From the sequence record OZ413487.1: DNA of 64,000 nt; one strand, 5' to 3'. Of this stretch, positions 10,630 through 20,784 are shown in pieces (positions within the stretch are counted from its first letter, which is position 1; the number at the start of each line of letters is the position of its first letter). Source of the stretch: a phage. Under the pieces are notes generated by a model that saw only the letters and a list, made by a program, of their open reading frames with translations, had not been told where the DNA came from and ran no database searches. The position numbers were made by a program, and so were the translations under genes.

Positions 10630-10637
10630 TATATATC

Positions 10638-10667
10638 TAACCGCTCCTGACGGGGCGGTTTTCTTAT
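10638..10667 (+). terminator. rho-independent terminator
   Basis: CCGCTCC / GGGGCGG stem followed by TTTTCTT. Confidence 0.7.
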
Positions 10668-10679
10668 CTGGAGAACACA

Positions 10680-13600
10680 ATGCTTCCAATCCCTTTGCTA
10701 AAACTTGGTCGTCATTTCCTCGATAAGAGGGGTGGAATTAAGGAACTTGCTGTTCTGTCATACCCAATAGACAACAGTGATGGTACAAGCAACACAGTAT
10801 CCTATGTAAATAGCTTAGCTATACTTTTTGATGATGGTCAGCTTAATATTACTGGCTATAATAGGTTCGGAGAGTGTCGGACTGGAGATCTTGATACAAT
10901 AAACTATCCTAATGAGGCAGCTTGGAACGTAGACCATGTTTGGAGAGCTGACCGTGCATTTGTAATCCGCACATTCGATAATAAATTTTTCTATATTGGT
11001 TGCACAGCTGGTCTTATCGGATCGGAGGCAGCAGGTGGAAACGATGTTTGTGTCAGAGAGTGGACACCTTTGCCGGAACAGATCGTAACAGGGTTGCATT
11101 TGGACACCCATCCTGAGAGACTTGTTGAAGTAATGGGTGGCGTAAACAATACAGTGTGGGTAATTGCTGCACCAGAGGCTGATGGTATGCTTCACCTGTA
11201 CGGCTCTGGCAATAATACTTACGGCTCTCTTCATGTTGACAAAAGTCAACACGCTACTCCAGTTAAGATCGGTGAAACATCTGAAAGTCCAGAGACAGGT
11301 CCTTGGAAAAATCCAAGAATTAATTGTGAAGTTCATGACAACTCGGTTATTTTTGGTGGTCCTAACGGATTCTGGATTGCAGGTTACGATTTCTTAAGAA
11401 ATAACAGCAAAAACACACTAGTTTATCCAGCCGAGCATGTGACTCTTGACCAGTTTAAAGGCATCCCGGTGGGCGAGACATGGAAAGGGTTCATGTGTGG
11501 ACCTAATGGTGCAATTATAGCCACAGAAAGGATGCACAAACCTGATGACCAACAGCTTGTTAACGTATTCTACGGGCAAGACGTCTGGGGAGATGACACA
11601 TGGCGTTCCTTAAATATCACCTACACCCATGAGGTGATAATGGCTCGTGGATACGGCACAAGTGGCATTTTCTTCAATAATGGCACTAAACAGTATCGTG
11701 GATTCTCTCGCAACTTGTGTAATGATATTGGTGCACAATCTGCAAACAATAGCCCTAGGGCTAATTTTATCCACTATCAGGCTCTTGCTACAGCTAAATA
11801 TGTTGAGCAACGCCTGCCAGTTAGCTGGACAGAGAGTGTTTATTTCCAAGGCATCCACAGGGAAGGTTTCTTAGGAACCTTTACTGTTGTTAATGGCAAA
11901 CTTTGGTGGTCAGGCATCCCAAGGGGGAGTTTTGCAGGATCTAACAACCTCTTTGGCGGCAGACTTAACAGCCAAGGGTTCACAGAGATTCCGGAGAATT
12001 GGTATAAAAATGTCCCGGTAGATAGCTGGGGTATCGAAGACATCTTTGATGTCAATGGTGTGAGCAATGTTAGCAACATTTACATCGGAGATACTGTCAA
12101 GATGAAATTGAAACCTCAGCCGGAGGGTGCTACGTTCATTATTGACAAGATTGAGTTGGTAAATGCTGCAGGCACTGTTGTTACAGATGCAAACTATCAG
12201 TTCTCCACTAACTGGAACCATGGTGGTGCTAACGAAGTTGTGGTCACCCAGTATAACCGTAACATCAACAGACGTGGTTTGTATTCTATCAAGATCACCT
12301 ACCATGACAAGCATGGCACTGGAAGAACCTGTACGACAAGGACTTTGAACTGGAACACTATAGTTCCTGCGTATCCGTCCAACGGCAAGTGGCATACCGT
12401 TGGTAGAAACAAGCAGTTCCATGTTAACGATACTGTATACTTTGGGCTGAATGGGACCCAGCCTGCAGTAGAAGGGGATACATCGTATATGGTCAGACTC
12501 CACAGAATGGATGCTGGATCAGTCACTTATGATGTGACCCAAGAGATCTACGATCAAAGACGCGCCACGTATGACAATATTGTGAAAACACAAGCCTTGT
12601 GGAAGTTCAATCCTAATGGCAAGGGTGGTAAAATGTTGCAGGTTAATGAGCAGAACGGAACGTCGTTGACTGTTCACGAACACCCAGACCCTTGGCCTGA
12701 TCCTGGAAAACCTCACCCGGGAGCTCGTACACTGAAAATTGTCAGCCATGATGCAGGGTATTTCGGAATACGCTGGGAAGCTACAGTAAGATATGTCGAC
12801 GGGACAACAAACAACATAGGGATTACACTTGGCGGCACTAGTGAAGATAACTCGCTGAAAATTGCCTACACGCCTAGAGGTATCTCTATTGATAATATGG
12901 ATGTTGTTCGCAATGGTTACGGCGATGTGAATGTCAAAGTTACTCTTGGCGAACATCTTGGTGGGGAAAGGATCATCATGTATGCCTTTGATCATGATCC
13001 ACGCACCAATGGAACTTATGCAAATCAGGCATGGAGTTACCTGATAAATGCACCTGAGCCGAATACTAAAGAGTTCTACTATGGTATGAAGCGAGATGTG
13101 TGCAAGAAAACAGGAACACATGACTGGATTGCTATCTGCGTTAAAGATGAGCGCACAGCTTGGGATGAGCCTGTTAACAGATGGTTCATAGGTATTCCTA
13201 CCAGAAGTGATAAGTATGTCGCAGAATATATTGTATGCATGGGCGGTACCAACCTAAACATGTGTTGGAACGAAGATGTAAACAAATACTCTGATTATGA
13301 CTATATGAGGGATTACTCTTGTAATTTGTGGTTTAACCAAACTACAGGTTACCCTCCGCGTCAGGCAAGGGTAAATCCTGCAATCTTTACAGATACGCAG
13401 GTTTTCTTGACAAAACAGGCCAACGAGGTTCAGACCTTCAAGAATAACTATGACCCTAACAAGTGGTTCTACAACTGTTACGGCGCATTTTTCTGGGGAC
13501 CTGGTGAGTTACCTGGTGGAGGATCTTGCTTGAATGAGGCAACTTACGCCAGTGACTACATCATGGGGCAGGTCAAGAAGTATAAGATAATCCCCGGTCC

Positions 13601-16316
13601 TGAGACTCTGGGCAATGCCGTTGACCCTTATATCATCATGACTGCACTGAGATCAAACATGGACGGGACATCCATGTCTATGCAAATTCCGGTAACAAAC
13701 GGGTACAAACGTGTTGTGATGATCATTAAGTGCGATCTGATCGGGAAGCAAGTTCTTGCAGAAAACGGGACATCCACACATCCTTTTGAGATCGCTCTGC
13801 ACTATCAGTTTGCTGACTCACCTTTTGCAGGGGATAAGAGAATATCTGATACAGACGCACAGCGTTGTAAGAAAGTATTGTTGGGTGCAGGTTGGTGGTG
13901 GTATGAGTTTGATTTAACAGACAAATTCACCGACACGTCTAAAGTTGTAACAGGACTTCGTCTAGACCTTGGCGAGAACATGCACAAAGCTGTTTGTGAT
14001 GGCACCTATGGTGACCCTACAATATACCTAAAATATGTTTCTTTTGAGCATCCGGAAGATGTTGTCTACGGTCCAAAACTGAGATTGTTTGGCAGCTGGA
14101 TTGCAAAAGATAGGGTAGGCATGGGTAAGAAGGTAAGAGGGCTCTTGGTTGATGCAGGAACAGAAGACATGCTGGTTAATGCAGTGTGGCCTGAATTACC
14201 TGGGACTCAGTGGGACAACTCAGCCAAATCTATAAACTGGTTTAACATTCATAGGGCCATGTGGACCACTAACTGCTACTTGTGGAGAGAGCTTAACGAT
14301 CAGGCCTTTGGATTCAGCGATGGTAGAAGGATGGCGATCATTTGCTGGACAACACTGCAAAGATGTTATGACCATGACTATGAGATTGGGGGCAGGGCAT
14401 GGAAAAATATCAGGGATAGAATCATAACCAATTTTGCAGACGACAACGGTGGTGGAGCACATAACTTTGGCACAAGCCGACTCATCCATTTGAACGGATC
14501 CTCAGCCTACAAGAAAGAAGGTTACTCTGGGTCTATGATCGAGTGGGGTCTGGTGAAAGATGCTCGCGTATTGATGGGCCAGCAACTTGCTGCCGCAATA
14601 GGTCCCAGCGCAGTGCAGTCGGTTAAACCAGCGTGGTTCGATATTCCATTGTGGTCACCCGGAACACCGGGAACTGCTGCAATCAACCCTACCACTGGGG
14701 ATCTAGAAATCTCCTGGGAGGACTTGAAGCAGGTCGGTGGTTGGGACAAAACAGGGTACCAGGTTCAGTGGTGGAGAGCTGATGGATCTTTAGCTGCTGA
14801 TGAGTTTGTTAAGGACAATTTCTACACTATGTCCTCTGCAAAAGCACAGCAATTATTTGGTCAGGCAACTCCGTCAACGATCACCATGTCTATGTGCTGT
14901 AAAGACAACAGGACTGGAGCTTTGGGGCCAAGGGTTGCTAAAGTTTTCTCAGGTATTAAATGGAATCTACCTGTCCAAAGTATTTCATGGAAGCAAATAG
15001 GTGATAACAAGCTGCTGGTTACCCCTGCCTGTCAGTTCAACGCAACTCTTAACGTTGATCCTGCTGTTGCGGCAAACTCAGCTAAAGCTTCTGACTTCTC
15101 TGTGTCTAACACTGCTATGGCAGATGTGAGGAAGATTGACACGCTGAACGCCAGAATTACCTGTAAAAACACTTATGGCACATTCCAGATCATCAACAAC
15201 TTCACAGATGCTGATTCTAAGGTAGTGAGGACAGCAAGCCAGACTTTGAGTTTAGGAACTCTGGCCTATGCGGCCCTGATCACTGAACAGTCGGCAACAC
15301 TCCAAGGAGGTGGTGTAGGCAAGTCCATTACAACACCTGTGTGGAAGCCAAATGAGTGGGTTGTGTTTGATTTGACTGTGGACTTCTCCAGCGATAATAA
15401 CTGGACATGGGTAAGGAATTGTTTGTCACAGTTGATGGGCGGTCCAAGCTCCGTTAGTGATAGTCACGACTCTACTGACCCGAGTGTGTTCCAGGTAGGT
15501 AAAACTCACCCAGAGACTGGAGAAACGTTGCCTGACAGGAAGTATGCTTTGGTTTGCATCTCTTACGGGAAGGCAGATGTCACCTTCTCAGGGACACACA
15601 CTTATAACGGAACCTACAACTTCTCAAGGAAGTATAGTCTCAAAGCAGGGAACATTATAGACGAGGTTGGTGTGCTGTATAATCCGGGCAACGGCATAGG
15701 GATTGTTGGTGGTAAACTGCAGATGCAGGAACCTTCTATTACCCCTTCCAACGTATCCGGGATTAGAAAGACTTGGGAAAGTAGTAATACCAACATTGCA
15801 ACAGTGGATGCCACCACAGGACTGGTAACATTTAAAGCTACTGGGAATGTCACCATAAAGTTTGTAGTTACAGATGATGCAGGGCGCAAAACGTCTTCAA
15901 CATCTTTTACTGTCAAACAGATGGCACCACAGTGGAGAATGTGGATAGGTACAGCAACAAACGGGGCATACCCTAATCCGGCAGGTACTTCTGGTATGAA
16001 GACTTTCTCTACAAGCAAACCGATGGAGTACGGCAGCGGTCCTAAGGTAGGGCAGATGGTGTACTTTGGTGCGTATATTCCTGAAATTATAGGGCTTCCG
16101 AGAAGTCAGCTTCAGTTGCTGTTTGGGGCTGGTGTTGACGATCTTGCCACTTTCGGGTATAGCGACAACATCGAGGCTGCAAGGAGTTCAGGATGGGTAG
16201 GGTTCAGAATGGAGTCTGGAAAGGAAGGCAGGATTCTAGGGACAGCCTCTATAGGTGTTATGTTCCCTGGTGACCAGCAGTATCGTCTAGAAGCCTACGC
16301 AACCTTTTCTCGTTAA
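10680..16316 (+). CDS. very large structural protein (1878 aa) with C-terminal Ig-like (Big_2-type) domain
   Basis: Single uninterrupted ORF with RBS GGAGAA. A C-terminal segment (ITPSNVSGIRKTWESSNTNIATVDATTGLVTFKATGNVTIKFVVTDDAGRKTSSTSFTVKQ) has the bacterial Ig-like group 2 pattern. Confidence 0.7.
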   Translation: MLPIPLLKLGRHFLDKRGGIKELAVLSYPIDNSDGTSNTVSYVNSLAILFDDGQLNITGYNRFGECRTGDLDTINYPNEAAWNVDHVWRADRAFVIRTFDNKFFYIGCTAGLIGSEAAGGNDVCVREWTPLPEQIVTGLHLDTHPERLVEVMGGVNNTVWVIAAPEADGMLHLYGSGNNTYGSLHVDKSQHATPVKIGETSESPETGPWKNPRINCEVHDNSVIFGGPNGFWIAGYDFLRNNSKNTLVYPAEHVTLDQFKGIPVGETWKGFMCGPNGAIIATERMHKPDDQQLVNVFYGQDVWGDDTWRSLNITYTHEVIMARGYGTSGIFFNNGTKQYRGFSRNLCNDIGAQSANNSPRANFIHYQALATAKYVEQRLPVSWTESVYFQGIHREGFLGTFTVVNGKLWWSGIPRGSFAGSNNLFGGRLNSQGFTEIPENWYKNVPVDSWGIEDIFDVNGVSNVSNIYIGDTVKMKLKPQPEGATFIIDKIELVNAAGTVVTDANYQFSTNWNHGGANEVVVTQYNRNINRRGLYSIKITYHDKHGTGRTCTTRTLNWNTIVPAYPSNGKWHTVGRNKQFHVNDTVYFGLNGTQPAVEGDTSYMVRLHRMDAGSVTYDVTQEIYDQRRATYDNIVKTQALWKFNPNGKGGKMLQVNEQNGTSLTVHEHPDPWPDPGKPHPGARTLKIVSHDAGYFGIRWEATVRYVDGTTNNIGITLGGTSEDNSLKIAYTPRGISIDNMDVVRNGYGDVNVKVTLGEHLGGERIIMYAFDHDPRTNGTYANQAWSYLINAPEPNTKEFYYGMKRDVCKKTGTHDWIAICVKDERTAWDEPVNRWFIGIPTRSDKYVAEYIVCMGGTNLNMCWNEDVNKYSDYDYMRDYSCNLWFNQTTGYPPRQARVNPAIFTDTQVFLTKQANEVQTFKNNYDPNKWFYNCYGAFFWGPGELPGGGSCLNEATYASDYIMGQVKKYKIIPGPETLGNAVDPYIIMTALRSNMDGTSMSMQIPVTNGYKRVVMIIKCDLIGKQVLAENGTSTHPFEIALHYQFADSPFAGDKRISDTDAQRCKKVLLGAGWWWYEFDLTDKFTDTSKVVTGLRLDLGENMHKAVCDGTYGDPTIYLKYVSFEHPEDVVYGPKLRLFGSWIAKDRVGMGKKVRGLLVDAGTEDMLVNAVWPELPGTQWDNSAKSINWFNIHRAMWTTNCYLWRELNDQAFGFSDGRRMAIICWTTLQRCYDHDYEIGGRAWKNIRDRIITNFADDNGGGAHNFGTSRLIHLNGSSAYKKEGYSGSMIEWGLVKDARVLMGQQLAAAIGPSAVQSVKPAWFDIPLWSPGTPGTAAINPTTGDLEISWEDLKQVGGWDKTGYQVQWWRADGSLAADEFVKDNFYTMSSAKAQQLFGQATPSTITMSMCCKDNRTGALGPRVAKVFSGIKWNLPVQSISWKQIGDNKLLVTPACQFNATLNVDPAVAANSAKASDFSVSNTAMADVRKIDTLNARITCKNTYGTFQIINNFTDADSKVVRTASQTLSLGTLAYAALITEQSATLQGGGVGKSITTPVWKPNEWVVFDLTVDFSSDNNWTWVRNCLSQLMGGPSSVSDSHDSTDPSVFQVGKTHPETGETLPDRKYALVCISYGKADVTFSGTHTYNGTYNFSRKYSLKAGNIIDEVGVLYNPGNGIGIVGGKLQMQEPSITPSNVSGIRKTWESSNTNIATVDATTGLVTFKATGNVTIKFVVTDDAGRKTSSTSFTVKQMAPQWRMWIGTATNGAYPNPAGTSGMKTFSTSKPMEYGSGPKVGQMVYFGAYIPEIIGLPRSQLQLLFGAGVDDLATFGYSDNIEAARSSGWVGFRMESGKEGRILGTASIGVMFPGDQQYRLEAYATFSR

Positions 16317-16329
16317 CAAGGGGGTAAAT

Positions 16330-16359
16330 AAAAAGGGGCCAAACGGCCCCTTTCTTTTT
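16330..16359. terminator. bidirectional rho-independent terminator between convergent genes
   Basis: AGGGGCC-AAAC-GGCCCCT hairpin flanked by an A-tract (5') and T-tract (3'), between the plus gene ending at 16316 and the minus gene ending at 16364. Confidence 0.8.
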
Positions 16360-16363
16360 ATAG

Positions 16364-16564
16364 TTAGTAATACTCCCAACATGCCCCATCTTCAGACGGC
16401 TTGACGCGCTTACCTTTATGGTCAACATAGGTATAGCCACAACCTTCACAAATAACAGGTGCTGCATAACCTTCCTTCCACTGCTTCTCCGTGATCAATC
16501 CTTTCAGATCTCCGCAGTCACGACCAAACAACTCTTCAGAACAGTCTTTACAAAAATCAGCCAT
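16364..16564 (-). CDS. small Cys-rich (zinc-ribbon-like) protein
   Basis: 66 aa with CxxC...CxxC spacing (CKDC ... CEGC). Confidence 0.55.
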   Translation of the reverse strand: MADFCKDCSEELFGRDCGDLKGLITEKQWKEGYAAPVICEGCGYTYVDHKGKRVKPSEDGACWEYY

Positions 16565-16633
16565 CTCTATCAGTCTCCATATTTAACCAATCTATATTAC
16601 ATATTGCCGAAGAAACAGTATTTCATTTCATTA

Positions 16634-16852
16634 TCACAGATCTCCAACAACTTCCCAAATACCCCAGTGAGCATCTATATCCTTGATAAAGTATCTTTCT
16701 CCACGGTTTGTCCACACACCTATCCCAACTTTACCATCTATCCCATTGTATACATCTGCCTCATACTCTTTGCCCGGTGTAAAGTGTACACCCATCATAA
16801 GGGCTGTTATTCCATTAGGATTTTTAAATTTAACAAATTTTACTTTGCTCAT
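16634..16852 (-). CDS. hypothetical protein
   Basis: 72-aa ORF in the minus-strand operon, tightly packed with its neighbours. Confidence 0.5.
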   Translation of the reverse strand: MSKVKFVKFKNPNGITALMMGVHFTPGKEYEADVYNGIDGKVGIGVWTNRGERYFIKDIDAHWGIWEVVGDL

Positions 16853-16853
16853 A

Positions 16854-17183
16854 TTACTTAATCCTTGCAGTTACAGTAGCGCTATACCCCATGTAGTTAT
16901 GAGACATAAAGAATGTAAGCCCTTTAAGTTCAGGATTCTTTCTAAGAAATCGTTTCAATTTTCGAATGCAATTAACACCATGATCATAGTTTGAGAAATT
17001 AAATTTAATACCCTGCTCCATCATAGTGCACACTTCTTCATGGGTATGCCATTGTCTATCGTGGTCACAAAACCAGTAACCAATACCTTCTTTTTCTTGG
17101 ATATGCAATCCCCAAAATACTTTATGCATTGGATATTTTGGTTTTCTACCATGATAATGTAGTTTAATATTCACATGTGCCAT
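16854..17183 (-). CDS. hypothetical His/Cys-rich protein
   Basis: 109-aa ORF; an upstream sigma70-like promoter is present on the minus strand. Confidence 0.5.
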   Translation of the reverse strand: MAHVNIKLHYHGRKPKYPMHKVFWGLHIQEKEGIGYWFCDHDRQWHTHEEVCTMMEQGIKFNFSNYDHGVNCIRKLKRFLRKNPELKGLTFFMSHNYMGYSATVTARIK

Positions 17184-17204
17184 TTTTTGTTACTCCGTTC
17201 TGTA

Positions 17205-17247
17205 TCTGTGATAATGAGAATAGCAAACTGGGGTGTGTGCTGTCAAC
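17205..17247 (-). promoter_or_regulatory. sigma70-type promoter (minus strand)
   Basis: On the reverse complement: TTGACA, 18-nt spacer, TATTCT, followed by RBS GGAG and the ATG at 17183. Confidence 0.45.
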
Positions 17248-17351
17248 AACATTTTTAAGCGTTTTGGGGAAGTTTTTTGAAAGGTGGGTGTAATCACAAG
17301 AGAGGGTGGAGTTATTGAAGGCACAGGCCTCTTTTGAGGCCTTAAAGTCGA

Positions 17352-17732
17352 TTATGACACTTTGACGTAGCGCTCTGACAGAGCTGGAAAGCCAAAAGCA
17401 GTACCTATACTACCGTATGCTACCCACCATTGAAGTTCATCGTGACACCATTTTCCGATCAGGAAGGTGCTGGGGTAGCGGGTCAGTATTTTGGCATAAG
17501 CTTTAGGGTCTGCATCTTCTGGGATAATGATACTTGGAACATCTTTGTTATGGCCACAGCAGCAGTTTAGAGTTTTCAATCCTGCCGCCCATAGACTCAT
17601 GATAGGCTTAGCCATGCACTTATCAAGGCACACACGTTTTTTGCCGTCACGGAGCTTTTTAGGCACATCAACGATAACATTTTGATGCTTGGCACCTTTC
17701 ACTTTCCAATTATAGGATTTACACTTGCACAT
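17352..17732 (-). CDS. hypothetical Cys-rich protein
   Basis: 126-aa ORF with multiple Cys clusters (CKC, CLDKC, NCCCGH). Confidence 0.5.
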   Translation of the reverse strand: MCKCKSYNWKVKGAKHQNVIVDVPKKLRDGKKRVCLDKCMAKPIMSLWAAGLKTLNCCCGHNKDVPSIIIPEDADPKAYAKILTRYPSTFLIGKWCHDELQWWVAYGSIGTAFGFPALSERYVKVS

Positions 17733-17762
17733 TTAATCAGTCTCCATCTAGAAAGCAATACT

Positions 17763-17933
17763 TTACTTAAAATCTTTGTCACCTATTACGATTGCACGAA
17801 TCCACTCATTGTGATGTTCAATGGCGGTAAGGTGTAACATAATGCAGTGATTGTCATTACCAAACACGGTGCGGTAAGCTTTAGCAGCACCATGATATAA
17901 CTTCCACATCAGGTAATGATATCTTCGCCTCAT
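17763..17933 (-). CDS. small hypothetical protein (56 aa, below the ORF-track threshold)
   Basis: Hand-translated from the reverse complement: MRRRYHYLMWKLYHGAAKAYRTVFGNDNHCIMLHLTAIEHHNEWIRAIVIGDKDFK. Its ATG overlaps the upstream stop (ATGA) and a GGAG RBS is present. Confidence 0.4.
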   Translation of the reverse strand: MRRRYHYLMWKLYHGAAKAYRTVFGNDNHCIMLHLTAIEHHNEWIRAIVIGDKDFK

Positions 17934-18409
17934 GGCTCTTTCTCCGGTTCAGGATCTGGGTAATCTTCAATAATAAAGGGCCATCCGTTCCGCTTAGCCT
18001 CAGACTTGTACTCAATCTCCTTCATTGCAAACTCTAACTGATTTTTAGCCGGAATACATGCCGGAGAATCATCAACCCAGATATCTGGGTAGATATCAAA
18101 CTGCGCCAGGTAGGCTGCCTTCTGAACACCGCCAGTATAAAACACACCAACATCGAGCTCCTTGCGCCAATACTCAATGTCCACATTGTCTTGAGTAATG
18201 AATCGGAAAGTCACAAGGTATACTGTCCACCCCTCCTTCTTCAGGTCCCTGATCAGGCGGGAGAAGATGAAAGGGCTCGCATTAAACGTTCCATCAAAGT
18301 CAATGGCAATGATGTGCGTGCCGTGGCGAGTCTCATATGGATTGCTTGTGGTAAGATTGCTGTAGTTAAAAGGGACCTCTTCCCCGCAGTAGCTGTAGTC
18401 CATATTCAC
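17930..18409 (-). CDS. HAD-superfamily phosphatase (5'-nucleotidase / deoxyribonucleotidase-like)
   Basis: HAD motif I DxDGT present (IIAIDFDGTF) and the size (159 aa) is typical of small HAD nucleotidases. Confidence 0.55.
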   Translation of the reverse strand: MNMDYSYCGEEVPFNYSNLTTSNPYETRHGTHIIAIDFDGTFNASPFIFSRLIRDLKKEGWTVYLVTFRFITQDNVDIEYWRKELDVGVFYTGGVQKAAYLAQFDIYPDIWVDDSPACIPAKNQLEFAMKEIEYKSEAKRNGWPFIIEDYPDPEPEKEP

Positions 18410-18681
18410 ACCTTCTCGTTGATAAATTTACGGGCGGTTTGGTGAGTTGTTTCTGCTGTCTTCAGAATAATATTAATTTTATCGTCAAGATCATTCATCT
18501 CAGCAGTTAATTCAGGAATCTCTCCGGCATGCATAGTGAAATCATACATAGACATGCCAAGAATCTCATTGATTCGGCGGTTGCATTCTGCAGCACGCTG
18601 GTTCATTTTCCAAGCTAACACCAGAGCCTCTTGCGTAGCCTCCAGTGCAAAGTCTAATACGTCAGCTTCTTCTTTCGTCAT
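18406..18681 (-). CDS. hypothetical protein
   Basis: 91-aa ORF coupled to its neighbours. Confidence 0.5.
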   Translation of the reverse strand: MTKEEADVLDFALEATQEALVLAWKMNQRAAECNRRINEILGMSMYDFTMHAGEIPELTAEMNDLDDKINIILKTAETTHQTARKFINEKV

Positions 18682-18736
18682 CTCAGTCTCTCTTGTTGTA
18701 TTGTTGGTAGGTGCATGAACACCTTATATCTCACTT

Positions 18737-19303
18737 TTATTCAAACTGCAATAGTAAGTCCACCACCGCGCTAGGTCTGTCAACAAATTCCCCAGGTCCA
18801 CATGCCCACAGAGGGTATCCGTCTACATACCGCCAAATCCAACCTGCGGTGTGGAGTTCGAGCAGGGCAGTGCCGTCCTTACTGTCAACCACTCTTTCCC
18901 ACAGTGTCGGGCAGCGAAGCTTGAGGATCGGATCCCCTCCCTTATACCCATCCATGTAGATACCCATTGCAAAGTTCAGCATCATCTTTTTGTGCACTGA
19001 TCTTTTACTGAGGGTACTCATCACTTCCTCTTTGTGAATGTTTGTAAGCTTCTCCTTGGCTACCCGCAGATCGTTGCAACCATTGTTCAGCAGATCTTCC
19101 AGACACTTGATCCGAAGGTCGTGAATGTCTTTGTCGTGTACCGTTGGCACAGGGTCGTAGCGGTATAGCACTGTTGATACAAGGTTGCTCGGGTGTGGGT
19201 CTGACAGCAACCCATAACCCCAATACTCTTCTGTATCTGAAAGGACAAGACACCCAATGTCTCTGTCAAGCTTTCCTGTGTTGTAAGCCACATTGACCGC
19301 CAT
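18737..19303 (-). CDS. hypothetical protein
   Basis: 188-aa ORF with no recognised motif. Confidence 0.5.
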   Translation of the reverse strand: MAVNVAYNTGKLDRDIGCLVLSDTEEYWGYGLLSDPHPSNLVSTVLYRYDPVPTVHDKDIHDLRIKCLEDLLNNGCNDLRVAKEKLTNIHKEEVMSTLSKRSVHKKMMLNFAMGIYMDGYKGGDPILKLRCPTLWERVVDSKDGTALLELHTAGWIWRYVDGYPLWACGPGEFVDRPSAVVDLLLQFE

Positions 19304-19305
19304 GA

Positions 19306-19551
19306 CTATAGCTCCACTAGCAAAGTGCTTTCAAAGTGCCGTTCATGCAAACCGTTGTAAGGGACCACTTCTACAACGCCATCACGGACATATGGGGCCA
19401 TCATGGTGGTATAATCTCCAAACGGGTTGGTATTGTCACTAACCACAACCACCTTCTGCCCTTCCTTGGCAGAGTGCCAAATAGATCTGCACTTCATCAG
19501 GTGTTCGAGAGCTCCAGGTAAAATTTTGTTACGTTCTTTACGGGTCTTCAT
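19306..19551 (-). CDS. hypothetical protein
   Basis: 81-aa ORF in the operon. Confidence 0.45.
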   Translation of the reverse strand: MKTRKERNKILPGALEHLMKCRSIWHSAKEGQKVVVVSDNTNPFGDYTTMMAPYVRDGVVEVVPYNGLHERHFESTLLVEL

Positions 19552-19997
19552 AACAGATATAGCTCCTTATGAAAGTGGTCTTTTAATTTCTCACTGAGAA
19601 ACTTCTTGATACCTTCCTCTAAAGTGTTTTCGATGTAGTCCAGCTTAACTGCTTCGATGGACATATCATAGATTGCCAGCTCTAAGCTGTCAAGTCCCAT
19701 CATAGCATGAACCATAAGATTTTCATCTTCAGATACATTCAGGGGACTTCCTATAACATCTGGAGGCAGAATAGTTTCCCAATTATTCTGGGTGGTAGTT
19801 CTCCCGCCATCTACTTTACGGCGCAGTTCGAATGTGTTCTTAGTGTAGAACACTTCATAAGAAACGATACGACTGTCACTCTCATAATAAACGAAGTTCA
19901 GGTAGGAGCCTAGCCGCAGTCGGCAAACTTCCACCCCAAACCATTGTTTCTTATAAGAATTCAGGCTAATGCTGTCGCATTCACGTTTGCTCAACAC
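19548..19997 (-). CDS. hypothetical protein
   Basis: 149-aa ORF overlapping the downstream start by 4 nt. Confidence 0.5.
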   Translation of the reverse strand: MLSKRECDSISLNSYKKQWFGVEVCRLRLGSYLNFVYYESDSRIVSYEVFYTKNTFELRRKVDGGRTTTQNNWETILPPDVIGSPLNVSEDENLMVHAMMGLDSLELAIYDMSIEAVKLDYIENTLEEGIKKFLSEKLKDHFHKELYLL

Positions 19998-20013
19998 GGC
20001 TATCTCCTTTTTG

Positions 20014-20247
20014 TTAATCTTCGTAAATCAGGATTTCTGCTTTAGGTTTTCGTGCTTTCAGATCCAGCTCTATCCAATGCACCATGGCTGTTTCAAGAAA
20101 AACAGCCTGGATGCATCCGTCCTCAGCGTGCCCTACCAACATAACAAGATCTTCACCTTCGTCATCTGCATCACGAACATACAGAATCTCTCCAGATTCA
20201 AAGTCTTTCACAACCTGATTGCTGGATAATTTACGAATTTTTGCCAT
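20014..20247 (-). CDS. small acidic protein
   Basis: 77 aa, acidic (DADDEGED). Confidence 0.5.
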   Translation of the reverse strand: MAKIRKLSSNQVVKDFESGEILYVRDADDEGEDLVMLVGHAEDGCIQAVFLETAMVHWIELDLKARKPKAEILIYED

Positions 20248-20248
20248 A

Positions 20249-20512
20249 TCAGAAACCCTCTAAAAAGCTCTTGTAGAAAACAATCTCAGTATCCACACCA
20301 GTCACAATCTTGTCGTTCCTGATTTCATCAGTAAGATAGGTGTCAAAACGCAGAACCTGTGTGGTATTGTCGCACATCCACTCAGCTGTGACCATGGCGA
20401 AAATCTTAGCATCCTCATTATCTGGTGTAAATGTTACCACCTCACCACATTTAAATTTTTCGATAGGTTGCGTGTTAGCTTTCGGTTCTGCAATAGTGAT
20501 TTTCGTGGTCAT
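20249..20512 (-). CDS. hypothetical protein
   Basis: 87-aa ORF. Confidence 0.5.
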   Translation of the reverse strand: MTTKITIAEPKANTQPIEKFKCGEVVTFTPDNEDAKIFAMVTAEWMCDNTTQVLRFDTYLTDEIRNDKIVTGVDTEIVFYKSFLEGF

Positions 20513-20769
20513 TACTCTTCCTCCATAGTTTCACCAAATACTTCGATACGAGCATCGAGCTCTGTTGCTTTCAGCTCCCCAACAAAATCTTTTAGTTCTT
20601 TCTCGTCCAGATCGTAAGCCCACACACAAGAAGAACATGCAGATTTCACAATCAGCAGCGTAGATACACGGCCTGACTCTGTGATCATGCTCACAATGGT
20701 TCCCACAGGGAACGTGTTGATAGCTTTTTTAACTGGGCGTTCAGATTTGATTACTACTTCTGTTGCCAT
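20512..20769 (-). CDS. small acidic protein
   Basis: 85 aa with an acidic C-terminus (GETMEEE). Confidence 0.5.
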   Translation of the reverse strand: MATEVVIKSERPVKKAINTFPVGTIVSMITESGRVSTLLIVKSACSSCVWAYDLDEKELKDFVGELKATELDARIEVFGETMEEE

Positions 20770-20784
20770 AAATAACGTCCTCTC

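Noticed and set aside
181-13285. Minus-strand track ORFs embedded in the plus-strand structural genes (for example 181..444, 454..777, 1890..2219, 11910..12503, 12519..13121).
   Set aside because: Antisense to long, motif-supported genes, without RBS, and with skewed composition; typical shadow ORFs.
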